A stretch of DNA of 64,000 nucleotides from Lingula anatina (Eukaryota; Animalia; Brachiopoda). Made by a program: the position numbers and the translations under genes. This document shows positions 63,885-64,000 of the stretch, in pieces; positions within the stretch are counted from its first letter, which is position 1; each line of letters begins with the position of its first letter. Below the pieces are notes generated by a model, which worked only from the letters and a program-made list of their open reading frames with translations, did not search any database and had not been told where the DNA came from. The stretch is taken from positions 930,001-994,000 of the forward strand of contig CM120641.1 in the NCBI GenBank assembly GCA_051362555.1. Reading direction: 5' to 3'.

Positions 63885-63995
63885 TTTCTGACGTCATCAA
63901 TACGTCACACTCTTCATCGCACGGTTTCCAGTTCAACGTCACAGTGTCACAGTACTCCATTGGCTATCATTTGGGCGAATAATATGACGTCACAT
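63885..63995. promoter_or_regulatory. Promoter-like cluster of CRE/ATF sites and a CCAAT box
   Basis: Two full TGACGTCA palindromes (about 63889 and 63985), two ACGTCAC half-sites and ATTGG within 110 bp. Confidence 0.55.
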
Positions 63996-64000
63996 GGATG

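Overview
AT-rich, intron-rich eukaryotic (animal) genomic DNA; the repeat content suggests an invertebrate, possibly a mollusc or other lophotrochozoan (inference). All exon models were assembled by hand from GT-AG sites and reading frame. (1) 1-10.9 kb holds two tandem minus-strand single-pass receptor genes with mucin stalks and tails rich in NPxY and Tyr motifs. The upstream copy has a chitin-binding type-2 (CBM14) ectodomain and a canonically spaced ITAM. A tRNA-Gly(TCC) lies in an intron of the downstream copy and a BEL/Pao relic lies between the two genes. (2) 19.5-29.1 kb holds housekeeping genes: DTD2/ATD head-to-head with COA4, then a GPR180/TMEM145-family gene. (3) 29190-47370 is an 18.2-kb Ginger1-type DNA transposon with TGT...ACA ends and a CCGG target duplication, inserted about 60 bp upstream of the GPR180 ATG. 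It encodes an intact 12-exon, ~758-aa integrase-GPY/F-Ulp1-PHD protein. It also carries a 196-bp satellite built from its own terminal motif, a 68-bp tandem array and an HDV-like self-cleaving ribozyme fold in the transposase 3' UTR. (4) 47.4-64 kb has no recognisable coding sequence and ends in a CRE-rich promoter-like stretch. Several MITEs and microsatellites are scattered throughout.
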